Shown: positions 1 through 9,928, counted from the first letter of the stretch. The stretch is DNA of 35,646 bases from an uncultured bacterium (GCA_964001155.1 CAXFCD010000214.1:1-35646); one strand, 5' to 3'. The notes: generated from the sequence alone by a model not told the origin. Numbers and translations: made by a program.

Positions 1-2
1 TG

Positions 3-1244
3 GGATCTTTTCCTATGACGTTAGAGGCGACCGAAATCCTGCGAGACAATAAAGTTATTACCTTGGCCTTATCTCCAAATCGAGGCGGACTCCCTATCCG
101 GGATGCAGTAGTTTATAATTTTACAACGTATGGTTTCCCCGATGAAAAAGTAGAAATAATTCATGGAGAACAAGTTAAAAAAGACCTCCATATCACACTC
201 CCGTTGAAAGCAACCTATAACCGAATTTTACAAATTATCGGTATTAATCAACTCGGCGGGATGGTGAGCCCCTATCATTGGACAGCCTCTCCAATAAAAT
301 TAAATGTATTGGATATTCGACCTGATCTCAAAATAGCCAATACGGAACGGGGTATCTTTTTCCAGGTAGAAATGGATCAATATGCTCCGGCAAAAGCCAC
401 CATCAAATTAGCGAATGACAATACATTCATGTCCTATTCAATGGCACAAATTCAACCGAATACATTTCTCACTGAACGGTTGTCTCATCATGTTATCAAT
501 GATATGAATTATGTGGATGTGGAACTCACCCATGAAGGACAGGTAAGGGAAACGAGGTTTCACTATGAAATGATTTCCACAGGGCCCGGACAAGAATCTG
601 TCGTCGCTTCACAGGACCGTAATTGTTCCATTCAAACGCAAAAAAACACGTTTTACCAAACAAATATAATTTGGATTGACAAAGTCAATGAATTTGCGCC
701 TGTGACCGAGGGCTACCATTTATCCCCTGTTTATCAACTACAGCCTTATGACATTACTTTAAAGAATAAATTTAAAGTTGGTATTCGCTATGAACGGGAT
801 TTAGCAGCCCATTCTAATTTGGGGATTTACTATTATAATCCAAAAAATGAAAAATGGGTTTATACCGCCACAGAAAACAATCAGCGAAAACAAATTTTGA
901 CCGCCGAATTGACTAAAATGGATGCGGTAACAGTGATTCAAGATTTGGATTCACCTCTGATAAAAAGAACATTCCCTGCCGATGGGGGGCGCTACCATAT
1001 TAAGGATGTGAAAAAAATTAAAATTGTTGTGGATGACCTTATTTCCGGTATTAATTCTCACGAATCCTCTTTCGATTTGCTGTTTAATGAAAAACCTGTT
1101 TTCTGTGCCTATCAACCCATCAAGAAGGAAATATCATATTCTTTTGAACAACCACTCACTGCTGGCCAGCATAAGATTGATTTTACTGTACGGGACCGGA
1201 TGGGAAATGAGTCCGCTGAAACGATCTACTTTGTTGTTTTTTAA
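3..1244 (+). CDS. 5'-truncated protein, probably the C-terminal part of an FCB-type M23-family peptidase-like protein
   Basis: The frame is open to the window edge (GSFP precedes the Met at 15). The C-terminus (D..P.I...DDLISGI...Y.P....ISY...G.H.....V.D..GN) resembles the tail of long Bacteroidota-type M23 proteins as I recall them. The catalytic M23 domain is not in the window. Confidence 0.5.
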   Translation, partial: GSFPMTLEATEILRDNKVITLALSPNRGGLPIRDAVVYNFTTYGFPDEKVEIIHGEQVKKDLHITLPLKATYNRILQIIGINQLGGMVSPYHWTASPIKLNVLDIRPDLKIANTERGIFFQVEMDQYAPAKATIKLANDNTFMSYSMAQIQPNTFLTERLSHHVINDMNYVDVELTHEGQVRETRFHYEMISTGPGQESVVASQDRNCSIQTQKNTFYQTNIIWIDKVNEFAPVTEGYHLSPVYQLQPYDITLKNKFKVGIRYERDLAAHSNLGIYYYNPKNEKWVYTATENNQRKQILTAELTKMDAVTVIQDLDSPLIKRTFPADGGRYHIKDVKKIKIVVDDLISGINSHESSFDLLFNEKPVFCAYQPIKKEISYSFEQPLTAGQHKIDFTVRDRMGNESAETIYFVVF

Positions 1245-1900
1245 TGTTTTTTCCCTATCGTGATGATAATCCGCGGGTTCTTTTCCCTTTTATAACCTAT
1301 GGCATGATAGCGCTGAATACAGTCATCTTCTTGGGGCAGTTTTATATTTCCGGGAGGGATCCTCAGTACGGAGCGGCATTGATTTTTACCTTTGGATTTG
1401 TCCCGGCTGAATTCAATCCGTTGACACTTTTCACGTCTATGTTCATGCACGGCGGTTTTGCCCATATCATTGGCAATATGTGGTTTCTTTACATTTTTGG
1501 GGACAATGTGGAAAGCATTCTCGGCCATGTAAAATATTTCATATTTTATTTAGCCTGTGGAGTCGGAGCAGCCTTGGTGCAATTTATTGTTGATCCCGCC
1601 TCGCAAGTTCCCATGGTGGGCGCTAGTGGAGCAATCGCAGGTGTGTTGGGTGCTTATATGATTCGCTTCCCCAAAGCCCGGGTTCATGTTTTTGCTGTGA
1701 TAATTGTTTTTATAACAACATTTGTTGTCCCTGCTCAAATCGTACTTGGATTATGGTTTTTAATGCAATTATCAGGCGGTTTGGGTAGTTTGGGGGTTGA
1801 TACCACGGGCGGTGTGGCCTGGTTTGCCCACATTGGTGGATTTGTCGTTGGTGTGACAACATTAAACACTTTTCAAAAATTCCGGATCGAAAAAGTATGA
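1244..1900 (+). CDS. Rhomboid family intramembrane serine protease
   Basis: Multi-TM protein with TSMFMHGGFAHIIGNMWFL, catalytic GASGA and AWFAHIGGF. TAATG overlap with the upstream gene. Confidence 0.95.
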   Translation: MFFPYRDDNPRVLFPFITYGMIALNTVIFLGQFYISGRDPQYGAALIFTFGFVPAEFNPLTLFTSMFMHGGFAHIIGNMWFLYIFGDNVESILGHVKYFIFYLACGVGAALVQFIVDPASQVPMVGASGAIAGVLGAYMIRFPKARVHVFAVIIVFITTFVVPAQIVLGLWFLMQLSGGLGSLGVDTTGGVAWFAHIGGFVVGVTTLNTFQKFRIEKV

Positions 1901-2280
1901 ATCAGTCATTATTACAAACCGCAATAGACATGCGTGAAAAATCCCATGCACCCTATTCTAAATATAAAGTAGGGGCAGCAGTCGAAACAACATCCGGTGA
2001 AATCATCGGCGGCTGCAATGTAGAGTCCTCCAGTTATGGTCTCACATGTTGTGCTGAACGCACGGCACTTTTCCGCGCCATTGCTGAAGGGCATACTTCA
2101 TTTACAGCTTTGGCTGTTGCCACAAAAAATGGTGGATCTCCCTGTGGTGCATGCCGACAAGTGATTTGGGATTTATGCAAAGAAATTCCAATTTATATTT
2201 GTGATAAAAACGGATTGGTAAAAACAGTAATATCTTCAGAAATTCTACCTGATGCATTTGACGATTCTCATTTAAAATAA
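1897..2280 (+). CDS. cdd: Cytidine deaminase, homotetrameric type
   Basis: APYSKYKVGAA, G.NVE.SSYG.T.CAER and PCGACRQ zinc motifs; 127 aa. ATGA overlap with the rhomboid gene. Confidence 0.95.
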   Translation: MNQSLLQTAIDMREKSHAPYSKYKVGAAVETTSGEIIGGCNVESSSYGLTCCAERTALFRAIAEGHTSFTALAVATKNGGSPCGACRQVIWDLCKEIPIYICDKNGLVKTVISSEILPDAFDDSHLK

Positions 2281-2321
2281 GTATTTCTACTTTTTAAATC
2301 TTGCATTAAAAGCAGTATAAA

Positions 2322-2885
2322 ATGACACTGACACCTATAGACTCAGGTTGGATCGAAGTGATCTGTGGCAGCATGTTTTCCGGAAAAACAGAAGAATTGA
2401 TTCGCCGTTTGCGGCGAGCCCAAATTGCCCAAATGTCCACCATAATTGTTAAACCTAAAATTGATTCCCGTTACAGCGAATCCCACATTGTGAGCCATAA
2501 TCAGCTCAAACTGGAATCCTATTTGGTAGAAACACCGGAGGAAATAGTTGGCTTGGCAAAAGATGCCAGTGTGGTGGCTATTGATGAGGCTCAGTTTTTT
2601 GATGATTCAATTTTGGATATATGTAAACAATTAGCAGCAGACGGAAAGCGGGTGGTGGTGGCCGGGCTGGATACAGATTATCGCGGTGTCCCTTTTGGCC
2701 CCATGCCTCAACTTATGTGTGAAGCTGATTATTTAGATAAGCTCAGAGCTATTTGTGTGGTGTGCGGAAATCCCGCTTCTTACACACAACGAACAACATC
2801 GGACTCTGAACAGGTTGTAATTGGCGAATTAGATAAATATGAGGCGCGCTGCAGGAATTGTTACGAAGCACCGGAGGAAAATTAA
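2322..2885 (+). CDS. tdk: Thymidine kinase (type II)
   Basis: GSMFSGKTEELIRR P-loop, IDEAQFF, AGLD.DY.G.PF, and zinc lasso CVVCG...YEARCRNC. Confidence 0.97.
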   Translation: MTLTPIDSGWIEVICGSMFSGKTEELIRRLRRAQIAQMSTIIVKPKIDSRYSESHIVSHNQLKLESYLVETPEEIVGLAKDASVVAIDEAQFFDDSILDICKQLAADGKRVVVAGLDTDYRGVPFGPMPQLMCEADYLDKLRAICVVCGNPASYTQRTTSDSEQVVIGELDKYEARCRNCYEAPEEN

Positions 2886-4105
2886 TGGAAAATTTAACTG
2901 GTTTCATCGGCGTGGCTGCCCTTTTAGGGATCGCTTTTGGATTATCCAATAATCGATCCAAAATTAATTATAGGATCGTGGGTTGGGGATTAGGATTGCA
3001 ACTTCTTTTCGCAATCTTTATTTTAAAAACGCCTGTGGGAAAACCGGTTTTTGGTTTGTTGGATAAAGCCATTTCCAAATTAATTAGTTTTTCTGACGCG
3101 GGAGGAGATTTCCTTTTTACATCATTTGTACCCGGGATTGGCTTTGATGTTGCATTAATCAATTTTGCATTTCGGGCATTGCCAACCATCATCTTTTTCT
3201 CTGCTTTAATGTCAGTGCTTTACCATTTTGGGCTGATTCAAATTGTTGTAAAAGCCATCGCAAAAGGGATGCAAAAAACCATGGGAACGAGCGGATCAGA
3301 AACATTGAGTGTGTCAGCCAATATATTTGTGGGACAAACAGAAGCACCCTTGATGATTCGCCCCTTTATCAATTCCATGACAAAATCAGAATTGATGGCT
3401 GTCATGGTGGGCGGATTTGCTACAGTGGCCGGTGGTGTGTTGGCCATTTATGTAAAATGGCTTACGGATATACCGGGAATAGCTGGACATTTGTTGGCTG
3501 CTTCCGTCATGTCAGCCCCGGCGGCACTGGTGGTTGCAAAAATCATCTATCCTGAAACTGATGAATCTGACACCATGGGAGATTTGAATATTGAAATTGA
3601 AAAAACCAGTTCAAACGCCATGGAAGCCCTTGGCAATGGTGCCACCGATGGCATGAAATTGGCAGCAAATGTAGCTGCAATGTTGGTTGCATTTATTTCA
3701 ATTGTTGCCATGTTGAACTATTTATTGGGGTTTGTAGGCACATCCATTGATCAACTTCTTGGTTTTGTTTTTCAGCCCCTTGCGTGGGCTATGGGCGTCC
3801 CTTGGGAAGAGTCTGCCATGATGGGAACTCTCATGGGGAAAAAGATCGCTTTTACAGAATTGATCGCCTATGGTGATCTAAAATCAATTTTAGACTCAGG
3901 GCGGATCTCAGACAGAACAGCCATCATTGCCAGTTATGCGCTGTGCGGATTTGCTAATTTCGGTTCTATCGGGATTCAACTGGGCGGCATCGGTGGCATT
4001 GCGCCAAACAGAAAAAAAGATTTAGCTGCGCTTGTTACCAAAGCAATGATTGGTGGTGCAATTGCATCGTGGCTTACGGCAACCATTGCAGGCATTTTAC
4101 TATAA
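2885..4105 (+). CDS. nupC: Concentrative nucleoside transporter (CNT/NupC family)
   Basis: FAFRALPTIIFFSAL, ANIFVGQTEAPL, GFATVAGGV and YALCGFANFGSIGIQLGG. The start is set at the ATG at 2885 (TAATG overlap with tdk) rather than the TTG at 2858. Confidence 0.95.
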   Translation: MENLTGFIGVAALLGIAFGLSNNRSKINYRIVGWGLGLQLLFAIFILKTPVGKPVFGLLDKAISKLISFSDAGGDFLFTSFVPGIGFDVALINFAFRALPTIIFFSALMSVLYHFGLIQIVVKAIAKGMQKTMGTSGSETLSVSANIFVGQTEAPLMIRPFINSMTKSELMAVMVGGFATVAGGVLAIYVKWLTDIPGIAGHLLAASVMSAPAALVVAKIIYPETDESDTMGDLNIEIEKTSSNAMEALGNGATDGMKLAANVAAMLVAFISIVAMLNYLLGFVGTSIDQLLGFVFQPLAWAMGVPWEESAMMGTLMGKKIAFTELIAYGDLKSILDSGRISDRTAIIASYALCGFANFGSIGIQLGGIGGIAPNRKKDLAALVTKAMIGGAIASWLTATIAGILL

Positions 4106-4124
4106 ATAAGGGATCAATAATCAA

Positions 4125-4685
4125 ATGAAACTCTTGATCATGGGACCTCCAGGTGTGGGAAAAGGCACGCAAGCGGAACGGATCAAAGGTACATTAAATA
4201 TTGTACATTTATCCACGGGTGAAATCCTTCGTGCAGAAGTGAATGCAAAATCTGACGTAGGGATAGATGCAAAATCCTATATGGATAAAGGTCAACTTGT
4301 TCCGGACACAATTTTAATCAAAATTGTAAAAGAACGAATTTCAAAACCTGATTGTGCCAATGGATATTTATTAGATGGATTTCCAAGGACACTCCCCCAA
4401 GCTGAGGGGTTAGATGAAATGATGACTTCCATCGGACATGATTTGGATTGCGCTATTTCTCTAACCGCTGATGAGGATGAATTGGTGAATCGCCTTATCA
4501 AACGTGGTGAAGATTCCGGCCGGAGTGATGATACGCCTGATGTGATTCGAAATCGACAAAAAATCTATTGGGAACAGACAGCACCATTGTTAGACTTTTA
4601 TCGTGAAAAAGGCATCTTGAATGATGTAAATGGCTTAGGCGAAATTTCTGAAATCACTGAACGAATTCTAGACGTTTTAAAATAA
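4125..4685 (+). CDS. adk: Adenylate kinase, short form without the long LID domain
   Basis: GPPGVGKGTQ, HLSTGEILR, GQLVPD, LLDGFPRT and RG..SGRSDD. Confidence 0.93.
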   Translation: MKLLIMGPPGVGKGTQAERIKGTLNIVHLSTGEILRAEVNAKSDVGIDAKSYMDKGQLVPDTILIKIVKERISKPDCANGYLLDGFPRTLPQAEGLDEMMTSIGHDLDCAISLTADEDELVNRLIKRGEDSGRSDDTPDVIRNRQKIYWEQTAPLLDFYREKGILNDVNGLGEISEITERILDVLK

Positions 4686-4686
4686 C

Positions 4687-5280
4687 ATGTTAAAAATTGG
4701 TCTGACGGGAGGAATCGGATCCGGGAAAAGCTCCGTCAGTAAATTATTCGAATCCTGGGGTGCGTATATTTTTGACGCGGACAAAGAAGCTAAAATTATT
4801 CTCAATAATAACGAAACGGCTCAAAGTGAAATTATTGCAGAATTTGGGACAGATGTTCTCGGGCATAATAATGAAATTGATAAATCAAAATTGGCTCGGA
4901 TTGCTTTTTCTGATGAAGACCACCAATTACGGCTTAATACAATCGTCCACCCTTACGTCTTTAATGAAATTGATGCAACATTCGATAAGGTACTCTCCGG
5001 CGGCAAACATGAAGTCTTTGTGGTGGATGCTGCGTTAATTTATGAATCCGGGGCAGATACACATATGGATTATGTCATCGTGGTGACGTCCCATCTCAAA
5101 AATCGAACCGAACGGGTCATGAGCCGCGGTGGGTTAACAAGAGATCAATTTTTGCAACGGTTAGATCTTCAGTGGCCCGATGAAGATAAAGTCCATATGG
5201 CTGATTTTGTGATTCACAATAACGGGACTGAAGACCAATTATACCAAGAATCGAAATCCATTTTTGATCGATTATTTTAA
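4687..5280 (+). CDS. coaE: Dephospho-CoA kinase
   Basis: IGLTGGIGSGKS, DAD, LNTIVHP.V, DAALIYE and AD.VIHNNG. Confidence 0.95.
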   Translation: MLKIGLTGGIGSGKSSVSKLFESWGAYIFDADKEAKIILNNNETAQSEIIAEFGTDVLGHNNEIDKSKLARIAFSDEDHQLRLNTIVHPYVFNEIDATFDKVLSGGKHEVFVVDAALIYESGADTHMDYVIVVTSHLKNRTERVMSRGGLTRDQFLQRLDLQWPDEDKVHMADFVIHNNGTEDQLYQESKSIFDRLF

Positions 5281-5318
5281 TTAGAATTTCTTTATAAAAA
5301 CCAATAAATAGGTTTCAA

Positions 5319-5336
5319 ATCAGTTTAAAAACTGAT
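5319..5336. terminator. Small hairpin between coaE and the converging gene remnant; possible bidirectional terminator
   Basis: ATCAGTTT-AA-AAACTGAT perfect inverted repeat. It is AT-rich and has no clear U-tract. Confidence 0.3.
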
Positions 5337-5354
5337 GGAATATGAATAGGAATA

Positions 5355-5549
5355 TCATCCCCCTCCACCAAAGCGTGGATTCACAATATTATTATAAATA
5401 GCGCCGAAAGAATACGAAAATCCGATGGGGGCAAAATATGTAAATTGCGTTTCCAATTCTGCCCTCTCCAATAAAACATCTTCAATATCATAATCACCCT
5501 TCGGAATTCTCTATTGATTATGAACCATGGAGCCTGAACCATTCACTAT
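5355..5549 (-). pseudogene. C-terminal remnant of an FCB-type exported or outer-membrane protein gene
   Basis: Manual translation gives IVNGSGSMVHNQ*RIPKGDYDIEDVLLERAELETQFTYFAPIGFSYSFGAIYNNIVNPRFGGGG*. There is an in-frame TAG at 5511-5513 and no 5' gene body. The tail resembles a recalled ...EEVLL..R.L.T...YF...G.SY.FGSIYNN.VNPRF C-terminus. It is absent from the ORF track. Confidence 0.65.
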
Positions 5550-5976
5550 TTAATGGCATTTTAATTATTTTCTTTTTGACGAGATAACTAATTAATGCAA
5601 GTATTAAGAGATTCACTAATAAACCTAAATTTCAAAAGAGTTGTAAATTATTTTTTATAGTAGAGATTCTGAAATGTATCATGATGGAAAGTTATTAATA
5701 TTGGCATACAAAAAATCGATGCTATAAAATAACAATATAAAATAGTTTTTTATCACACTGAAAACCATTCGAATAAAATAAATGCTAAAATTATTATGAT
5801 ACAGAGATTTAAAATAAGACTGATCCAGTTTATTGTTTGATTTTTTGGCCGAAATATCATAATTGGATTTTAAATCTATGAATAATCAATTAATTTTTCA
5901 GTTATATAATTAGAACATTATAAAACAACCTTCATTGATCTCATGAAGGTTTTTATTTATCTAATAAAAAATAAAT

Positions 5977-7335
5977 TTGAATAAGCCTATCTACATAATT
6001 TTCTGTTTTATCGGCCTGATTTTTTGGAGCTGTGAGGAAGAACAAAATCGGGATTGCGCTGGGGTTATTGGTGGTAATGCAATTGAAGATAATTGTGGTA
6101 TTTGTGATGCTGATATAACTAACGATTGTATTCAAGATTGTGCAGGAATTTGGGGTGGCGAAAATATCTGTGGCTGCACAGATAGCACTGCTTCAAATTA
6201 TGACAGTAATGCTACATTTGATGATGGGAGTTGCGATACCACAAACATCATAATAACATTTTCCAAAAATGTATCACCTGAGAATGATTGTGGATACGAC
6301 ATCGATATAAAACAAACCAATGATGGTGGATATATTATAGCAGGATGTAATGATGGTTATGCTTGGCTTATGAAATCAGATATGTATGGTGATAAAGAAT
6401 GGGAAAAAATGTATGAATTAGGAGACTATTGGGGAAATCGAACAGTTATTGAAACTAGCGATGGCGGATATTTATTTGCAGGCTGGCAAGGTGCATTAAA
6501 AACAGATCAAAATGGTAACGAACAGTGGATACAAAAAGGTGTCCAAAGTAATAATAATCAATATCCTTATTATGAAGATGTAATTGAACATAGTAATGGT
6601 TTCTTTTATTTAATTGGTGGTCCAGTAACACCTAGAGGTGCTACGGGACAGGGTGGACAAGCAATCTTAGTGAAAATAAATCAAGCGGGTACTGTAAAAA
6701 AAACAAAATTCTATGGTGGGAATTGTGAAGATGATCTTTTTAGAGCAATCATTGAATCAAATGATGGAAAATTATTGATGGTAGGAGAAAAAGGCCATGG
6801 AAATCAATCATATCCTTGTTCATTTAATTTCAGATTTTATAAAGATATCTACGTTGTAAAAACAGGCTTAAATGGTGCCATTATTTGGCAAAACACCTAT
6901 GGAGGAAATTATTTGGAAAAAGGAATGGATGTTGTAACCACTAATGACGGTGGATATATGGTTTTAGGACAACAATGCATACATAATTATGACATCTATT
7001 CTTGTGGCCCAAAAACAAAAGTACTGGCTTTAAAGATTGATGAAGAGGGAAACAACTTAGAAGAAACATTGCTTTCTGGACTATATTTTTTTGAAGCTGG
7101 AACTCCTATGGCATTATCTAATACCAATCAAGGTGGGTTTGTTTTTTCTACAGTTCCAAAAAATGGTGGTAGTGTATGGTTGTATAGATGGGGTGGCACT
7201 GTGCAGACTATAGATAAAAAGATTAACCTAGGTGGGTTAGGTGGTGAAAGCATAGAGCAAACAAATGACCATGGCTTTATACTAAGTACAACTGGGAATA
7301 CAATAATAAAAACAGACTCACAACTTTCCTATTAA
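5977..7335 (+). CDS. Lipoprotein with a Cys-rich repeat stalk and a probable beta-propeller-like repeat domain
   Basis: TTG start, lipobox-like IFWS-C19 followed by EEEQ. DCAG..GG occurs twice, plus GCTD..A.NYD..AT.DDGSC. Recurring units QTNDGGYII / ETSDGGYLF / ESNDGKLLM / TTNDGGYMV / QTNDHGFIL. Visibly AT-rich codon use. Confidence 0.75.
   Translation: MNKPIYIIFCFIGLIFWSCEEEQNRDCAGVIGGNAIEDNCGICDADITNDCIQDCAGIWGGENICGCTDSTASNYDSNATFDDGSCDTTNIIITFSKNVSPENDCGYDIDIKQTNDGGYIIAGCNDGYAWLMKSDMYGDKEWEKMYELGDYWGNRTVIETSDGGYLFAGWQGALKTDQNGNEQWIQKGVQSNNNQYPYYEDVIEHSNGFFYLIGGPVTPRGATGQGGQAILVKINQAGTVKKTKFYGGNCEDDLFRAIIESNDGKLLMVGEKGHGNQSYPCSFNFRFYKDIYVVKTGLNGAIIWQNTYGGNYLEKGMDVVTTNDGGYMVLGQQCIHNYDIYSCGPKTKVLALKIDEEGNNLEETLLSGLYFFEAGTPMALSNTNQGGFVFSTVPKNGGSVWLYRWGGTVQTIDKKINLGGLGGESIEQTNDHGFILSTTGNTIIKTDSQLSY
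6052..6234 (+). repeat. Cys-rich peptide repeats inside the lipoprotein
   Basis: DCAGVIGG and DCAGIWGG (DNA gattgcgctggggttattggtgg / gattgtgcaggaatttggggtgg), followed by a GCTD...DDGSC module. Confidence 0.7.
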
Positions 7336-7560
7336 TTCTCGCGGATTGTATTTAGAAAATTAAATTTATCATACTTCTTTAAGTCTTGAATAAATAATTA
7401 ATCTATACTTATCTAATTTTTCATTCGTTATGTAGTCTCTAAAACAAAATATAAAATAAGAAAAAATTATTGGGTCTATCCCAACTCTAAACCTAGTAAT
7501 TACTGAATCCTGGACTGACAGAAAAACACACATCAAGGTTGTGATGGTAACTTTCTGATT

Positions 7561-8076
7561 TTATCGAAGCGCCAGCGGTTTATCCAAGACTTCTTTTAGA
7601 ATTATCGCTTTTTTTAGCGATTTTTTATTTTCAAATAATTCCGCCCGGAGTTGACCTTTTTTCTTCCACTTTTTACCATAATGCTGTTCTTTACGGTCCG
7701 CCAATTCAGAATGATAAATCTTTTCTTCAAAGGCTTCCGCTTGTTCATCAATACTGGATAAATCATGTTCATCGGGTTGCAGAATTTCGTTTTCGAATTC
7801 TTCCGCACTTTCTGTAACCGTCTCTAATTCATCCAGATCAGACTCTTCATCATCTTCAAATTGTTGGGTGATCATGGCTTCAGGATCAAACTTCCTTGCT
7901 TGATCAAACAAATCCTTCAGCATTTGGTCCAGATTCGTTTTCGGTTTTTCCGGTGGTGTTTCTTCGGAGATGTCCCAATCCGGATCTGATTCTATTTCAC
8001 GACGCTTCGCATCCTGCTGCCGTTTTTTCATATACCCGGAAATCAGATATAACAGTAATAGACCTAACCATTCCAT
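7561..8076 (-). CDS. YqfB-like membrane-anchored acidic protein
   Basis: One N-terminal TM, a highly acidic low-complexity middle, and the C-terminal LKKAIILKEVLDKPLALR motif typical of proteins encoded downstream of floA. Confidence 0.65.
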   Translation of the reverse strand: MEWLGLLLLYLISGYMKKRQQDAKRREIESDPDWDISEETPPEKPKTNLDQMLKDLFDQARKFDPEAMITQQFEDDEESDLDELETVTESAEEFENEILQPDEHDLSSIDEQAEAFEEKIYHSELADRKEQHYGKKWKKKGQLRAELFENKKSLKKAIILKEVLDKPLALR

Positions 8077-8077
8077 A

Positions 8078-8881
8078 TCATTTCTCCGACCTTTCTAATA
8101 AATATAAAACACCATTGGAAAACACTTCATCCAATACAGGAAACCAAGAAAATGGATTTCTTATTTTCGGTAATCCAAACCGAAAGGAATATGAAGGACG
8201 AATGAACCAGTTGCTTTCTTTAGTGATTTTGAATCCCACTGATTTCACCAACTTGCGCATACCACGGATAGAAATTCGTGTATCTTTTGTGGAAATGAGA
8301 TAATCGATTTTTTTCTCCGGACAGCCAATCAAATGCAAATAGCCTTTATATAAAAAATTGGGTAAAACATGAAGATAAGGTAATTTTCCAAGGATTTTCG
8401 GAACTGTTTGCTGATGGCCAGCGTAAGCACAATATTTTGGTGGAAATGACATGAATAACTTTCCGTCCGGCTTCAATAACTCATACATATTTATCAAAGC
8501 AGTTTCTTTATCTTCAATATGTTCTATGACATCGCGAATCACAATTGTATCAAATTTTTCAGTTAATTCTGAGGCATAAGATTCAGGTTTACAAATATTG
8601 GCTTGGAACAGATGGAGAGAATTTTGGTCATTGAGTAAAAGAGCATTATTGAATCGAACGTCCGATAATTCCAATCCTGAACAGATTGCTCCTTTTTCTT
8701 GATAGAATTTGAGCAATCCTGCCTCGGCGCACCCGATTTCTAAAATTCTCATTCCGGAGACATTTTCATATCCGATAAAATCGAACAGGAAATTTTCGCC
8801 AAACCATTGTTGTTCGCGATAGCAACGCAAACAACGATCAGTCACCTGATCAGCGATATGATCTGGAACGGTTAACTCCAA
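8078..8881 (-). CDS. Class I SAM-dependent methyltransferase
   Basis: ILEIGCAEAG motif I, GLELS, FDTIVIRDVIEHI and LLKPDGKLF. TTG start. Confidence 0.9.
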   Translation of the reverse strand: MELTVPDHIADQVTDRCLRCYREQQWFGENFLFDFIGYENVSGMRILEIGCAEAGLLKFYQEKGAICSGLELSDVRFNNALLLNDQNSLHLFQANICKPESYASELTEKFDTIVIRDVIEHIEDKETALINMYELLKPDGKLFMSFPPKYCAYAGHQQTVPKILGKLPYLHVLPNFLYKGYLHLIGCPEKKIDYLISTKDTRISIRGMRKLVKSVGFKITKESNWFIRPSYSFRFGLPKIRNPFSWFPVLDEVFSNGVLYLLERSEK

Positions 8882-8902
8882 AACAGGAATGCTTTTTTAA
8901 GT

Positions 8903-9913
8903 TTAATTATCTTCTACAGGATTATCGTCGGAATTATCTGCATCAGTATCAGCAATAGCATCACGCATGCCAGTATCTGATTTGATATTTTCCATTTTGT
9001 AATAATCCATGATGCCAAGATTCCCTTCCCGAAATGCTTGAGCCATTGCCTTTGGAACTTCTGATTCAGCTTCAACAACTTTTGCTCTCATTTCTTGGGT
9101 TCGAGCTGTCATTTCCTGCTCTGCTGCCACAGCCATGGCACGGCGTGTTTCTGCTTTTGCTTGGGCGACTCGTAAATCTGCTTCAGCTTGGTCAGCTTGC
9201 AAAGATGCACCGATATTTTTTCCCACATCTAAGTCTGCAATATCAATGGACAGGATTTCAAAAGCGGTCCCTGCATCCAATCCTTTATCCAACACGGCAC
9301 GGGAAATATTATCGGGGTTTTCTAACACAGCGGAATAATTATCGGCAGAACCAATAGCAGAGACAATCCCTTCACCCACACGGGCGATAACCGTATCATC
9401 TGTGGCACCACCCACTAAACCGGGAATGTTTGTTCTTACAGTAACTCGAGCCCGAGCTTTCAATTCAATCCCATCTTTTGCAACCGCAGCCAAATAACCT
9501 TCTTTGGGAGCATTGATCACTTTGGGATAAACCGAAGTTTGGACGGCTTCTCTTACATCGCGACCTGCCAAGTCAATTGCTGTTGCTGTCTCGAAAGGGA
9601 GATCAATATTTGCTTTGTCGGCAGCAATCAATGCTGCGACGATATTTTGAACATTCCCACCAGCAAGAAAGTGCGTTTCTAACATGTCAGTGGAAATATG
9701 AGCCAATCCTGCTTTATGAAGATTAATGACACCATCAGTGACCAATCTTGGTGAAATTTTTCTGAGTCGCATCCGGATGAGATCCACGATTCGAATCCTG
9801 CCAAGGCCTAAGGATACGATCCCCTGAATCCAGAGTCCCAACGGGACAAAGTACAGGATCAGAATCACTGCAAAGACAGTCAAGGCTAACATAAACATTT
9901 GTATAACGGGCAT
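8903..9913 (-). CDS. floA: Flotillin-like protein FloA (YqfA family)
   Basis: [48 protein letters not shown] and [23 protein letters not shown] ribosome-binding site upstream. Confidence 0.95.
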   Translation of the reverse strand: MPVIQMFMLALTVFAVILILYFVPLGLWIQGIVSLGLGRIRIVDLIRMRLRKISPRLVTDGVINLHKAGLAHISTDMLETHFLAGGNVQNIVAALIAADKANIDLPFETATAIDLAGRDVREAVQTSVYPKVINAPKEGYLAAVAKDGIELKARARVTVRTNIPGLVGGATDDTVIARVGEGIVSAIGSADNYSAVLENPDNISRAVLDKGLDAGTAFEILSIDIADLDVGKNIGASLQADQAEADLRVAQAKAETRRAMAVAAEQEMTARTQEMRAKVVEAESEVPKAMAQAFREGNLGIMDYYKMENIKSDTGMRDAIADTDADNSDDNPVEDN

Positions 9914-9928
9914 AATGATGCTCCTTTT

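Noticed and set aside
5511-5513. In-frame TAG as a sign of stop-codon recoding or pyrrolysine
   Set aside because: TAG serves as the normal stop for lpxL, lpxC and mutY in this window, and the remnant also lacks its 5' part.
7370-7535. About 54-codon - strand ORF (MCVFLSVQDSVITRFRVG...) in the island flank
   Set aside because: Short, AT-rich, no ribosome-binding site and no recognisable similarity; noted only as a possible decayed gene start.
7896-8303. 135-aa + strand ORF spanning the yqfB-like/methyltransferase junction
   Set aside because: Overlaps two better-supported - strand genes and has no family signal.
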